This document shows positions 10,054 to 19,654 of a stretch of 64,000 nt of DNA, piece by piece (position 1 is the first letter of the stretch; each line of letters opens with the position of its first letter). The position numbers were made by a program, and so were the translations under genes. The notes under the pieces were generated by a model. It searched no databases and was not told the DNA's origin. It was given only the letters and a program-made list of their open reading frames with translations. The DNA is from Sedimentisphaerales bacterium. GTDB taxonomy: Bacteria > Planctomycetota > Phycisphaerae > Sedimentisphaerales > Anaerobacaceae. The DNA is taken from positions 352,001-416,000 of the forward strand of contig JAXGYC010000008.1 of the NCBI GenBank assembly GCA_040772485.1, read 5' to 3'.

Positions 10054-10168
10054 GTGGCAGCCTCAAACGCGTAGCGTTTGGGGATGGTGGGCTCAGCCGC
10101 TCCTCAAGTACCAGAAGCCTGCCGATGCGAAGAACCATCCCCAAGTCCTGCGGACTTGAGGCTGCCAC
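10054..10168. repeat. REP-like family A, inverted pair (GTGGCAGCCTCAA-hairpin-TTGGGGATGG)
   Basis: Two inverted copies; further copies at 14322-14430 (pair), 34340-34381, 34581-34610, 39455-39504, 41359-41392. Confidence 0.85.
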
Positions 10169-10240
10169 GCACCCCTCTGCGCCTGAAATGGACACGGCCT
10201 GAAACCTGCCCAGGCGGCCGACGGGCGGTCCTGATAACGG

Positions 10241-10269
10241 TTGACATTGCGCGGCGAGCCTCGTAAGAT
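10241..10269 (+). promoter_or_regulatory. Sigma70-type promoter of the response regulator
   Basis: TTGACA, 17 bp, TAAGAT. Confidence 0.7.
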
Positions 10270-10347
10270 GCCTTCCACGCAGTGCGGGCCGCAACGAAGA
10301 ATGGAAGGCCACAACAGGTCCAAAGAGCGAGCAGGGAGCGGCAGCAG

Positions 10348-11001
10348 ATGAAGATTCGCATTATTCTGGCGGACGATCATGCCATTGTCCGGCAAGGGCT
10401 CAGCCGGGCGATCGACCAGGAAGACGATATGGAGGTGATCGGGCAGGCCTCGAACGGCCGCGCGACGATCGACCTGGTCCGCCAGTTGGCACCGGACATC
10501 CTGATCACCGACATCAGCATGCCCGACCTGAACGGCGTCGAGGCAACCCGCCAGGTGCTCCGCGAATGCCCGGCGGTCAAGGTCATTGCCCTGTCCATGC
10601 ACTCGTCGCGGCAGTTCGTCATGGAAATGTTCCGGGCCGGAGCGATGGGATATCTGCTGAAGGACTGCGACTACGACGAGCTGGTCAAGGCGATACACAC
10701 CGTGGCCGAGGGCAAGGTCTACGTCAGCCCGTCGATCGGAGACGTGATCGTCGAGGATCTGCTGAACGGCCGCCAGGCGGGCGCCCCCACGGCGTTTTCC
10801 CTGCTGACCCCGCGCGAGCGCGAGGTGCTCCAGCTCATGGCCGAGGGCAATACCACGCGACAGATCGCCCGCCGGCTCTACATCAGCCCCAAAACGGTCG
10901 AAGCCCATCGGCTGCGCGTCATGAACAAGCTCGACATCGACAACGTGGCCCAACTGACCAAGTACGCCATCCAGGAGGGGCTCACCAGTCCCGAGATCTG
11001 A
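10348..11001 (+). CDS. NarL/LuxR-family response regulator (no adjacent kinase)
   Basis: ILADDHAIVRQG, TDISMP, GYLLK; HTH LTPREREVLQL..EG...IA..L.ISPKTVE. Confidence 0.93.
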   Translation: MKIRIILADDHAIVRQGLSRAIDQEDDMEVIGQASNGRATIDLVRQLAPDILITDISMPDLNGVEATRQVLRECPAVKVIALSMHSSRQFVMEMFRAGAMGYLLKDCDYDELVKAIHTVAEGKVYVSPSIGDVIVEDLLNGRQAGAPTAFSLLTPREREVLQLMAEGNTTRQIARRLYISPKTVEAHRLRVMNKLDIDNVAQLTKYAIQEGLTSPEI

Positions 11002-11164
11002 TCCAGTTCGTAGTGTGCTCGTAAGAGCATGCTCTGGGCCGAACGTGTAACGTTCGACGACAGCGAGCGTCCTTGATACGGCGGCGCCAAGGGGATATAG
11101 TCTCGGAGCGCCGACGCCGCTGGGGCGCCCGCCGTAAGAAAGGTCGCACAAGAAGGATTGATCG

Positions 11165-13399
11165 TTGAACCAGGAACACATCGCACGCATCGCCTCGGAG
11201 CTGTCTCTGAGGCCGGGCCAAGTGACCGCAACCGCCGGCCTGCTGGAGGAAGGGGCCACCGTTCCGTTCATTTCACGCTACCGCAAGGAGGCGACAGGCA
11301 GTCTCGATGAGGTCGCCGTGACGGCGATCCGCGACCGGCTCGGGCAATTGAAGGACCTCGACGACCGGCGCGACACCATCCTCAAGTCGCTGACCGAGCG
11401 CGGATTGCTGACCGAGGAGCTGACGAAGGACATCCTCCAGGCCGAGACCATGGCCTCGCTGGAGGACATCTATCTGCCGTTCAAGCCCAAGCGCCGAACG
11501 CGGGCGACCATCGCCAAAGAAAAGGGCCTCGAGCCGCTGGCCGAATTGATCTACGCCCAGGACCCGGCCGTGGAGCCGGGCGTCGAGGCCGAGGCCTTCG
11601 TCGACCCCGCCAAGGGGGTCGAATCGGCCGACGAGGCGCTGGCGGGAGCCAGGGACATCATCGCCGAGTGGATCAACGAGGACTCCCAGACCCGGGCGCA
11701 GATGCGCGAGCTGTTCGGCGGCAAAGGCGTGCTGAAATCGCAGGTCGTGCCGGGCAAGGAGGAAGAAGGCCGCAAGTACGAGGACTACTTCGAGTGGGCT
11801 GAATCGGTCGCCAAGGCGCCGTCGCACCGGATTCTGGCCATGCGAAGGGGCCGGCGAGAAGAATTCCTGCGGCTCCAGGTGGTCGCGCCCGAAGAGCAGG
11901 CGCACCGGATTCTCGAAGAGTTGTTCATCAAAGGCAACTCCAAGAGCACGGCCCTCGTCCGCGAGGCCCTGGTCGACAGCTACAAGAGGCTGCTGGCGCC
12001 CTCGATGGAGACAGAAATCCTCGCGTCCGCCAAGATGCGAGCGGATCAGGAGGCGATCCGCGTCTTCGCCGAGAATCTGCGCCAGTTGCTGCTGGCGCCT
12101 CCGCTGGGCCGCAAGAACGTCCTGGCGGTCGATCCCGGCTTTCGCACGGGCTGCAAGGTCGTCTGCCTGGACCGGCAGGGTCAGTTGAAGCATTCCGACG
12201 TGATCTATCCGCACACGGGCGATGCCCGTGCGGCCGCCGACGCCGTGAAGTTCGCGGCGCTGTGCGAGAAGTTCGACATCGAGGTGATCGCCATCGGCAA
12301 CGGAACCGCCAGCCGCGAGACCGAGAGCTACATCCGCAACATCCAGCTCGCCCGCAGCACGCCCATCGTCATGGTCAACGAAAGCGGCGCGTCGATCTAC
12401 TCGGCCTCCGACGTCGCCCGCGAGGAGTTCCCCGACCAGGACGTGACGGTGCGCGGCGCCGTGTCCATCGGACGACGCCTGATGGACCCGCTCGCAGAAC
12501 TGGTCAAGATCGATCCCAAATCGATCGGCGTCGGACAGTACCAGCACGACGTGGACCAGCCCCTGCTCAAGCAGGGCCTCGACGACGTGGTCGTCAGTTG
12601 CGTCAACAACGTCGGCGTCGAGGTGAACACCGCCAGCAAGCAGTTGCTCCAGTACGTCTCGGGCCTCGGCCCGCAACTGGCCCAGAACATCGTCAGCTTC
12701 CGCAACGAGAACGGGCCGTTCGAGTCGCGCGTGGCGCTGAAGAAGGTGCCGCGCCTGGGCGAGAAGGCGTTCGAGCAGGCGGCCGGCTTCCTGCGGATCC
12801 GCGACGCCGCCAATCCGCTCGACGCCAGCGCGGTGCATCCGGAGAGCTATGGCATCGTCGACGCGATGGCCTCCGACCTGGGCTGCTCCGTGGCGACCCT
12901 GATGAAGGACAGTTCGATTCGGACGAAGATTCGCCTGCAGAACTACGTCACCGAGACGGTGGGCCTGCCCACGCTGAACGACATCATGGCGGAGCTGACC
13001 AAGCCGGGCCGCGACCCCCGCCGGCAGTTCGAGATCTTTCACTTCGCCGACGGAATCAACAAGATCGAGGACGTCCAGGCCGGGATGCGTCTGCCCGGCA
13101 TTGTCACCAACGTCACCGCCTTCGGCGCCTTCGTCGACATCGGCGTCCACCAGGACGGCCTCGTGCATGTCAGCCAACTGGCCGACCGCTTCGTCAAGGA
13201 CCCGAACGAGGTTGTGAAAGTGCAGCAGAAGGTCATGGTCACGGTTCTGGACGTCGACCTGGCCAAACAGCGGATCAGCCTGTCGATGAAAGACCCGTCC
13301 AAGGCGGGCCGCAAGCCCGATCGCGGCCGCAGCGAAGCCCGCGAACACGCGCCCCCGCGCGGGCGTACAACCCAGGGGTGGTTCCCAAACATCGCATAG
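11165..13399 (+). CDS. tex: Tex-family RNA-binding transcription accessory protein
   Basis: GATVPFISRYRKEATG, DPGFRTGCK, SIGVGQYQHD, C-terminal S1 (FGAFVDIGVHQDGLVH). Confidence 0.93.
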   Translation: MNQEHIARIASELSLRPGQVTATAGLLEEGATVPFISRYRKEATGSLDEVAVTAIRDRLGQLKDLDDRRDTILKSLTERGLLTEELTKDILQAETMASLEDIYLPFKPKRRTRATIAKEKGLEPLAELIYAQDPAVEPGVEAEAFVDPAKGVESADEALAGARDIIAEWINEDSQTRAQMRELFGGKGVLKSQVVPGKEEEGRKYEDYFEWAESVAKAPSHRILAMRRGRREEFLRLQVVAPEEQAHRILEELFIKGNSKSTALVREALVDSYKRLLAPSMETEILASAKMRADQEAIRVFAENLRQLLLAPPLGRKNVLAVDPGFRTGCKVVCLDRQGQLKHSDVIYPHTGDARAAADAVKFAALCEKFDIEVIAIGNGTASRETESYIRNIQLARSTPIVMVNESGASIYSASDVAREEFPDQDVTVRGAVSIGRRLMDPLAELVKIDPKSIGVGQYQHDVDQPLLKQGLDDVVVSCVNNVGVEVNTASKQLLQYVSGLGPQLAQNIVSFRNENGPFESRVALKKVPRLGEKAFEQAAGFLRIRDAANPLDASAVHPESYGIVDAMASDLGCSVATLMKDSSIRTKIRLQNYVTETVGLPTLNDIMAELTKPGRDPRRQFEIFHFADGINKIEDVQAGMRLPGIVTNVTAFGAFVDIGVHQDGLVHVSQLADRFVKDPNEVVKVQQKVMVTVLDVDLAKQRISLSMKDPSKAGRKPDRGRSEAREHAPPRGRTTQGWFPNIA

Positions 13400-13422
13400 T
13401 AGGGGCGAATAACCATTCGCCC
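13399..13422 (+). repeat. REP-like family B (GTAGGGGCG-hairpin-CGCCC)
   Basis: Copies at 6187-6212, 13399-13422, 14483-14510, 16740-16767, 18868-18895, 23157-23185, 33421-33450. Confidence 0.8.
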
Positions 13423-13438
13423 GATACCCAATAAGAAT

Positions 13439-14284
13439 ATGATCGAACGACAGGAACTGATCGACGACCATCACGACATCCTCACCCATCGGGCCAGGAG
13501 GAACGTGATCTACATCCTGACGCTCGATCCGATACTCGGGACCGATGTCACCGAGCGAATCGGCGCCGATGAAAGGCTCAAGGGCTACGAGATCATCCAG
13601 CCCAGCGCCGGGACGATTCGCGACACCGTCGAGACGATGGAGCGGGCGGCGCAGGACACCACCCACGCTCGGCTGTTGATCTTCGACGTCCGGCGGGCCG
13701 GCCTGCCCATGCTGCGCAAGGTCCATCGTGACATCGTCGGCTTCAACCGCAAGGACTTCAACAAGCTCTGCTTCAGCATCCTCATCGGCGACGGGCCGCC
13801 CATGCTGTATCAGAACGGGCGCGGGCTGGACGTCTTCACGATCTACCTCGGCGCGCACCGCGTCGATTACCATCCGGCCGTCTTCTTTTACGATCCGCTG
13901 CTGCACTACGAACCCAGCGAGGTGCAGCTCCGCGCGATCGACGACGAGTTCACGCTGCGCGACGACGTGCCGAAGAGGCTCGCTCCGTACTTCCGCCAGG
14001 ACCGCGAGATGACGGTCGGGATGGTCCGGCGGTACTTCCGCGCCGTCGGCAAGCCCGATGACACTCGCGAGAAGAGAAGGCGGATGCTCAAGCGGCTCTA
14101 CCGAAAGCAGATCACCAAGCGGCTACCGGGATGCGCCGAACAGATCAAAGCGTGGCTGTCCCGCAAGGGCCTGCAACTGGCGACCGAAAAGATCAACCTG
14201 TACCCCATGCACTTCGAAGACTGGGTCTACAAACTCATGCACAAGGCCCAGCGCAACGCCGAGTCCACCGAGGATACGGCGTAA
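13439..14284 (+). CDS. Hypothetical cytoplasmic protein (possible degenerate receiver-like N-terminus)
   Basis: 281-aa ORF with host-like codon usage; no family recognised with certainty. Confidence 0.7.
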   Translation: MIERQELIDDHHDILTHRARRNVIYILTLDPILGTDVTERIGADERLKGYEIIQPSAGTIRDTVETMERAAQDTTHARLLIFDVRRAGLPMLRKVHRDIVGFNRKDFNKLCFSILIGDGPPMLYQNGRGLDVFTIYLGAHRVDYHPAVFFYDPLLHYEPSEVQLRAIDDEFTLRDDVPKRLAPYFRQDREMTVGMVRRYFRAVGKPDDTREKRRRMLKRLYRKQITKRLPGCAEQIKAWLSRKGLQLATEKINLYPMHFEDWVYKLMHKAQRNAESTEDTA

Positions 14285-14689
14285 GAACGCCAGCATCACC
14301 CCATACAACCCGGATCAGCGCGTGGCAGCCTCATCCCGATGGACATCGGGATGGGGATGCCACCGCCTCTCGATACTCAAGCGGAAATCGTATCAGCCAT
14401 CCCCAAGCTCTTCGAGCTTGAGGCTGCCGCACACATGCCCTTCGGCTGGAAGCAGTCAAATGGCAGATGCCGCCGGCCGTCCGTGGGGGCGAATGATTAT
14501 TCGCCCCTACCGCTTACGAAGGCCCGATCGCGACGGTTTCGCGCTTGACAAGACCGCCGGCAACGCGGACAATGGACATCAAAGCGATGCACCACGGACG
14601 ACGACACTGAAGCCGGCAGCGATGAGACTACGCTTGCCGATGTGGTGCGGCGTAAAAGCTCCTTTCCGGGCAAAAGGAGAACGCAGGCC

Positions 14690-15568
14690 ATGGCTGCGAC
14701 AGAGCAAGTCGAAGGCAAGCTGGCCTTCACACTGATCGAGTTGCTGGTGGTGATCGCCGTCCTCGCGATGCTGATGACGCTGCTGCTGCCGGCGTTGCAG
14801 CGGGCGCGGGCCGTGGTCTGCCAGGCCAACCTTCGCCAGTGGGGCACGTTCATGGCCGCATCGGCCAACGACAACGACGGAAGTTGCTGGTCCCCGGACT
14901 GGAAGAGCCCAGAGAGGATCTATCCCCCGACCTTCACCCGTAGCATGTGGGGGCTGTGGGAACTGGCCGGACGGGAGGAGGGCGAGAGCATCATCTGTTG
15001 TCCCACGGCTGCGAAGTTCGTCTATTCCGAGGAGGGAACCTGCGGCGGGACTTTCCTGGCCTGGAGCGGCGGGTCTCGTGGATATGTCGAGTGGACGCCT
15101 TATGGCTGCGGCGTATCCTATGGCAGCTACGGCCTCAGCGGCGTTGTGGGATCGTATTTTGCGCCCGACTCAGAGGAGTCTGACTCTCGTCCGGCGCCAA
15201 TCTGGCAAACGAACAACGTCCGAGGTCCGGACCGCGTCCCGTTGTTGCTCGACAGCGCTTCGATGTGGTGCACGTCGTACTGGGACCGCTTCGGACCTTC
15301 CGCCCCGGAATGCGACGCGATCCCGACGATCTCTGTCAGGGCATCGATGGCCTCGCTGTTCGGCTCAGGCAATCCCGAGTGCATCGATCGCCACGACGGC
15401 GCGGTGAACGCCCTGTTCATGGACTTCTCGGTCCGCCGGGTCGGCCTCAAGGAACTCTGGACACTCAAGTGGCATCGCCACTTCGACACCGCCGGACCCT
15501 GGACTCGTGCCGGCGGCGTCCAGCCCGAAGACTGGCCTGCCTGGATGCGCAAGTTCAAAGACTACTGA
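14690..15568 (+). CDS. Prepilin-type N-terminal cleavage/methylation protein with H-X9-DG-like C-terminus (DUF1559-like)
   Basis: [53 protein letters not shown]; promoter TTGACA-17-GACAAT at 14545-14573. Confidence 0.88.
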   Translation: MAATEQVEGKLAFTLIELLVVIAVLAMLMTLLLPALQRARAVVCQANLRQWGTFMAASANDNDGSCWSPDWKSPERIYPPTFTRSMWGLWELAGREEGESIICCPTAAKFVYSEEGTCGGTFLAWSGGSRGYVEWTPYGCGVSYGSYGLSGVVGSYFAPDSEESDSRPAPIWQTNNVRGPDRVPLLLDSASMWCTSYWDRFGPSAPECDAIPTISVRASMASLFGSGNPECIDRHDGAVNALFMDFSVRRVGLKELWTLKWHRHFDTAGPWTRAGGVQPEDWPAWMRKFKDY

Positions 15569-15613
15569 CCGTATCTCGTATCTGGTCGCTCGTATCTCGC
15601 AGGAGCAGAGGCG

Positions 15614-16702
15614 ATGGTTGACAGCCCGATGAACACCTCGACTGTAGAGCGCGCTCGACCACGACCTTGTCATTCCGAGCCCATTCGGGTCCCTCAGGGC
15701 AGGCTACGCCGAGGAATCTGGCTGCGAATGGTGAGTGCGTCCGGTCTCTGGCCAGATGCTTCGACTTCGCTGCGCTCCGCTCAGCATGACAAAGAGGCAG
15801 AAGGCTCCGCTCGGGATGACAAACACAGGCGCAGCCTTGCTCGGGGTGACGGACACTGCTGGACGAAGCGGCTCCATGTCGGTCATCACGTCCATCCAAT
15901 CATCAATAGTCAATCATCAATAATCCATTCCAGAGCCTTCACACTGATCGAGTTGCTGGTGGTGATCTCGGTGGTGGCGATGCTGATCGCCCTGCTGCTG
16001 CCGGCGATCCAGAAGGCCCGGGGGCAGGCGCAGGCGGTAGTCTGCCAGGGGAATCTGCGCCAGGGCGGAATCGCGATGTTCGCGTTCATGACGGACGCCG
16101 AGGGGCAACTGGCGGACTTCGCCCAGAGCAAAGGGATGTCGGACCAAAGCGGAGAGGACTCGCGGCTCATGTGGCACCACCCGCCCTACGCGGAGTGTCC
16201 CGAACTGCTGCTGTGCCCCATGGCCCGGAAGGTCCTGCCGGAGACACCCTACGGTGCGGGTACGACGTTCTCGGCTTGGGACCACGGCGGGATGAGGGGC
16301 AGCTACGGCCAGAACTGTGCCGCCTTCGGCATGGGTTATCTGCCGGGTAAGGCCGGCCTCCACTATTACTCGTGGAATACCTGGCGACTCAAGGATGCCT
16401 CGAACGTCCCACTGATGGGCGACAGCATCCACTGGATGACGCTCGGACACCTGAGCCACTTCACTGAACCGCCGCCATATGAAGGCTACTACGGCGATGC
16501 CCTCACGCATTGGGCGATCAACCGCCACAGTGGCGGGGTCAACGTACTCTTCGCCGGCGGCGCCGTTCGAAAGGTGGGCGTCAAAGAAATCTGGACCCTG
16601 CGATGGTATCGGGACTTCAGCACGTCCGGACCGTGGACGAAGGCCGGTGGCGTGGAACGTGAGGACTGGCCCGCCTGGATGCAGAAGTTCAAGGACTACT
16701 GA
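15614..16702 (+). CDS. Second prepilin-type/H-X9-DG-like protein with a long repeat-derived leader
   Basis: [11 protein letters not shown] at 15938; [15 protein letters not shown]; same WPAWMxKFKDY end as upstream paralogue; AGGAG at 15601; start uncertain. Confidence 0.8.
   Translation: MVDSPMNTSTVERARPRPCHSEPIRVPQGRLRRGIWLRMVSASGLWPDASTSLRSAQHDKEAEGSARDDKHRRSLARGDGHCWTKRLHVGHHVHPIINSQSSIIHSRAFTLIELLVVISVVAMLIALLLPAIQKARGQAQAVVCQGNLRQGGIAMFAFMTDAEGQLADFAQSKGMSDQSGEDSRLMWHHPPYAECPELLLCPMARKVLPETPYGAGTTFSAWDHGGMRGSYGQNCAAFGMGYLPGKAGLHYYSWNTWRLKDASNVPLMGDSIHWMTLGHLSHFTEPPPYEGYYGDALTHWAINRHSGGVNVLFAGGAVRKVGVKEIWTLRWYRDFSTSGPWTKAGGVEREDWPAWMQKFKDY
15668..15850. repeat. Repeat family D (TGTCAT...ATGACA palindromes plus tandem GCTCGGGRTGACA units)
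   Basis: CTCTGGCCAGATGCTTCGACTTCGCT..CAGCATGACAAA also at 34429-34466, followed by about 29-30-bp periodic units in both places. Confidence 0.8.
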
Positions 16703-17000
16703 CGCGTATCTCGTATCTCGTTGCTCGTATCTCGCAATGGTAGGGGCGAGGCATGCCTCGCCCTTACGGCACGAGTGCTTCGCAGCGACCACGGCCCGAA
16801 TCCGCGCTGCCGGGCGATGACATCGGGGCACGAAAGCACGCGATTTTGTTAATCCGGGCGGAAAAGACTGGACAAATCGGCCGGTTGTCGTATACTACAG
16901 TCACGTTTTGGTGGCTGCGTCGGTTTTTGCGGCTTGGAGGCCGTTCGGAAGCCGGAGCAGGGGATCGATGAACCGAATAACTCTATAAGGAGGTAGGGTT

Positions 17001-17615
17001 ATGTGCGTTCACGCACGCCGTTTGGTCATGCCGTTTCTACTTGCTGCACTGTTTCTACCCTCATTTCTCGCCGGCTGTCGGTGCAAGGACTGCGAGGGCG
17101 CCAAGTGCGTGCCGCGAAGCCCGTGGCAATCGCCGACGATCCAGGTGACGCGGTCTCTGTTGCTGGTCAACACAGCGGAGCTGCGGATCCTCTACATCGA
17201 CGGGCACGACGCCACCCCGACGTGCGTCAGCGTCCAGGGCGTAGAGGAGTACCATCTGCTTCCCGGCTGGCACACGTTGACCGCTGTGTTCCGCTATGCC
17301 GCGCCGCCCAGCGAGGGGGTGCTCGCCGACGTCCAGGGCCAGGCCCTGACGCTGGAGCACGAGTTCCTGGCCGAGCACGAGTACGTGGCGGTCTATCGCG
17401 AGCACGAAGGGACCGCGCCCAAGGGCCAGATGGGCGTCGCGGAGGTGGCGACCAACGTCCTGAACCCGCCGCCGGAATTGTACTGGACGCTCGACATCGT
17501 CGACGTCGGCGAAGCCAGTGCCGAGCCGGAGGTGGCCGAGGCGCGAAGCTACCTGTCCTGGGTGCGGGAGCCACGCGGCACCGCCAAGCAGCCCGACGCA
17601 TCCAACGCCTATTAG
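17001..17615 (+). CDS. Hypothetical lipoprotein (paralogue 1)
   Basis: Lipobox FLAG|C; SPWQSPTIQ..RSLLLVNTAELRIL.IDG shared with next gene. Confidence 0.8.
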   Translation: MCVHARRLVMPFLLAALFLPSFLAGCRCKDCEGAKCVPRSPWQSPTIQVTRSLLLVNTAELRILYIDGHDATPTCVSVQGVEEYHLLPGWHTLTAVFRYAAPPSEGVLADVQGQALTLEHEFLAEHEYVAVYREHEGTAPKGQMGVAEVATNVLNPPPELYWTLDIVDVGEASAEPEVAEARSYLSWVREPRGTAKQPDASNAY

Positions 17616-17693
17616 CGACGAGGCGGTCGCCTCGGTCTACGCGCGTCAGTGCGCCATCGACGGAACGAGGTAACTCTATAAGGAGGTAGGGTT

Positions 17694-18305
17694 ATGCGCG
17701 TTCGAGCCCTTTGTGTGACGAGCGCGTGCCTGCGCATCGGATCGCTCATCGCCATATCGGTATCGGGTTGCAGCCGGCAATGTGGCGGCCCATGTACGCC
17801 GCAAAGCCCCTGGCAGTCGCCCACGATCCAGGCAACGCGCTCGCTGCTGCTGGTCAACACGGCGGAGTTGAGAATCCTCCGCATTGACGGCCGCAACGCC
17901 CGCGCGTCGTGCATCGGCCGAGGCGGCGTCCGCGAGTACCACATTCGCCCGGGCGAGCATGAGCTGACCGCGTCGTTTCACTACGCCGCGCCCGTCGGCG
18001 CCGGGCTGATCGGCGAGGCGTATGGCCGCCCGCTCAAACTCACGCACGTCTTCCAACCGGGACATGAATACGTCGCAATCTACCGAGAGCATCCGTATCC
18101 GACGGTGCAGGCTGCCACAGTCGCGCAGGCGGTAGCCGGAACGGTCCTGCAACCTTGCGAGGGGACTTGGTCGCTGCGAATCGTCGATCTGGCCGATGCC
18201 GAAGCGGACAGCGAGCGAGAAGCGCAACAGGTCCGAATCTACGGCGCGCTGATCGGCGCATCGGCCCGCGTCGCAGACCAGGGCGCGTCACCGAGCATTT
18301 ACTGA
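17694..18305 (+). CDS. Hypothetical lipoprotein (paralogue 2)
   Basis: Lipobox-like SVSG|C; tandem paralogue of 17001..17615. Confidence 0.8.
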   Translation: MRVRALCVTSACLRIGSLIAISVSGCSRQCGGPCTPQSPWQSPTIQATRSLLLVNTAELRILRIDGRNARASCIGRGGVREYHIRPGEHELTASFHYAAPVGAGLIGEAYGRPLKLTHVFQPGHEYVAIYREHPYPTVQAATVAQAVAGTVLQPCEGTWSLRIVDLADAEADSEREAQQVRIYGALIGASARVADQGASPSIY

Positions 18306-18818
18306 CCGGCGCATCCGCAGGAGGACCGCCGCACCGAACGCGAGAAACGCCATGGTCGCCGGCTCGGGGATCGGCTGGACCTTCTCCCGGACGCACCGGA
18401 CGGGCACCGGCAGCCAGAACACATCGGGCCAGGACCCGTGACCCCATCGCCATCCGCAGTCGCATGGCCCGCCCAACAGGTTGTACTGCGTCACATCGAG
18501 GAACCGATAGCGCTGCCGGTCGAGATATGCGTACCACCATTGGTCCAGTTCATCCCCGGCTGAGTCGATCGCGACGGCACAGCCCGTACCCCCCACCGAC
18601 AGAGTACAAGTGAGACTCTCCGCCGCCGGGTCTTCAGGCGAATCCAGCCAGGCGGACCGCCAATGGAAAAGGAAGTCATCCGAAACGTAGCTCCTCCGCC
18701 CGCACGGTACGACTTGCTCCGGCCGCTCGAACGTCTCGATATCGACGCCACACAACTCAGCGCGGCCGGCGCCCCCTGCCGCGACCGCGATGAAGACAAC
18801 GACCGTTATCCTCCACAT
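18288..18818 (-). CDS. PEP-CTERM sorting-domain protein
   Basis: Signal peptide MWRITVVVFIAVAAG; C-terminal IPEPATMAFLAFGAAVLLRMRR; AGGAGG RBS (3' part of ORF 18288..20081). Confidence 0.85.
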   Translation of the reverse strand: MWRITVVVFIAVAAGGAGRAELCGVDIETFERPEQVVPCGRRSYVSDDFLFHWRSAWLDSPEDPAAESLTCTLSVGGTGCAVAIDSAGDELDQWWYAYLDRQRYRFLDVTQYNLLGGPCDCGWRWGHGSWPDVFWLPVPVRCVREKVQPIPEPATMAFLAFGAAVLLRMRRSVNAR

Positions 18819-18913
18819 CCGCGTCCTCCTTGACACGCCACTGCCTACCTTCCGTGGATCGCTTGTCGTAAGGGCGACGCATGCGTCGCCCCTACCGCCT
18901 TGTGGCAAGCTAC

Positions 18914-19597
18914 CTATAGCGTCAGGCGGCGTTTGCACTCGTCGAGGATCTCGGCGGTGCGCGTGGCGCCGACGCGCGTGACGCCGATCGCGCGGACCTC
19001 CAGCAGCTTGTCCAGATCGCGGACGCCTCCGGCGGCCTTGACCTGCACACGAGGGGGGCAGTGGGCCCTCATCAGTTTCAGGTCCTCGATCGTCGCGCCG
19101 CCCGTGCCGTAGCCGGTCGAGGTCTTGACCCAGTCGGCGCCGAGCGCGGCGCAGATCTCGCAGAGCCGGACCTTCTGATCGTCGTTCAGATAACAGTTCT
19201 CGAAGATGACCTTGACCTTCTGTCCGTGCTTGTGAGTCAGGTCGATCACCGCGCCGAGATCGCTGCGGACATAGTCCCAGTCGCCACTGAGGACCTTGCT
19301 GATGTTGACGACCATGTCCAGTTCGTGGCCGCCGTCGCGAAGGGCCTGTTCTGCTTCCGCCGCCTTGATCGCGGTGGTGTGCCCGCCGTGTGGAAAGCCG
19401 ATCGTCGTGCTGGCCGCGACCGTGCTGTTCTTGAGGATCTCCGCACACCGCTTGAGGTAGTAAGGCAGGATGCAGACGCTGGCGACGTCGTACTCGACGG
19501 CCAGCCGGCACCCCTGTTCGAGCTGTTGATCCGTCAGCGTCGGGTTCAGCAGAGAATGGTCGATCATCTTGGCGATATCGCTGTATGTGTAATCCAT
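18914..19597 (-). CDS. deoC: Deoxyribose-phosphate aldolase
   Basis: IDHSLL, IGFPHG, ELDMV, KVIFE, VKTSTG, KAAGGVR. Confidence 0.92.
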   Translation of the reverse strand: MDYTYSDIAKMIDHSLLNPTLTDQQLEQGCRLAVEYDVASVCILPYYLKRCAEILKNSTVAASTTIGFPHGGHTTAIKAAEAEQALRDGGHELDMVVNISKVLSGDWDYVRSDLGAVIDLTHKHGQKVKVIFENCYLNDDQKVRLCEICAALGADWVKTSTGYGTGGATIEDLKLMRAHCPPRVQVKAAGGVRDLDKLLEVRAIGVTRVGATRTAEILDECKRRLTL

Positions 19598-19654
19598 GGT
19601 GGCTCCTGATTGCGCTTCTCTGTGACGGACGACTTCTTCGATACCTGCTCAAGA

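Noticed and set aside
15779..15851. CRISPR array
   Set aside because: Only three degenerate 13-bp units with 15-17-bp spacers; no cas genes; no 23-47-bp repeat array anywhere in the window
15420..16702. DGR template/variable repeat between the prepilin C-termini
   Set aside because: Differences are mostly synonymous and not adenine-specific; no reverse transcriptase gene
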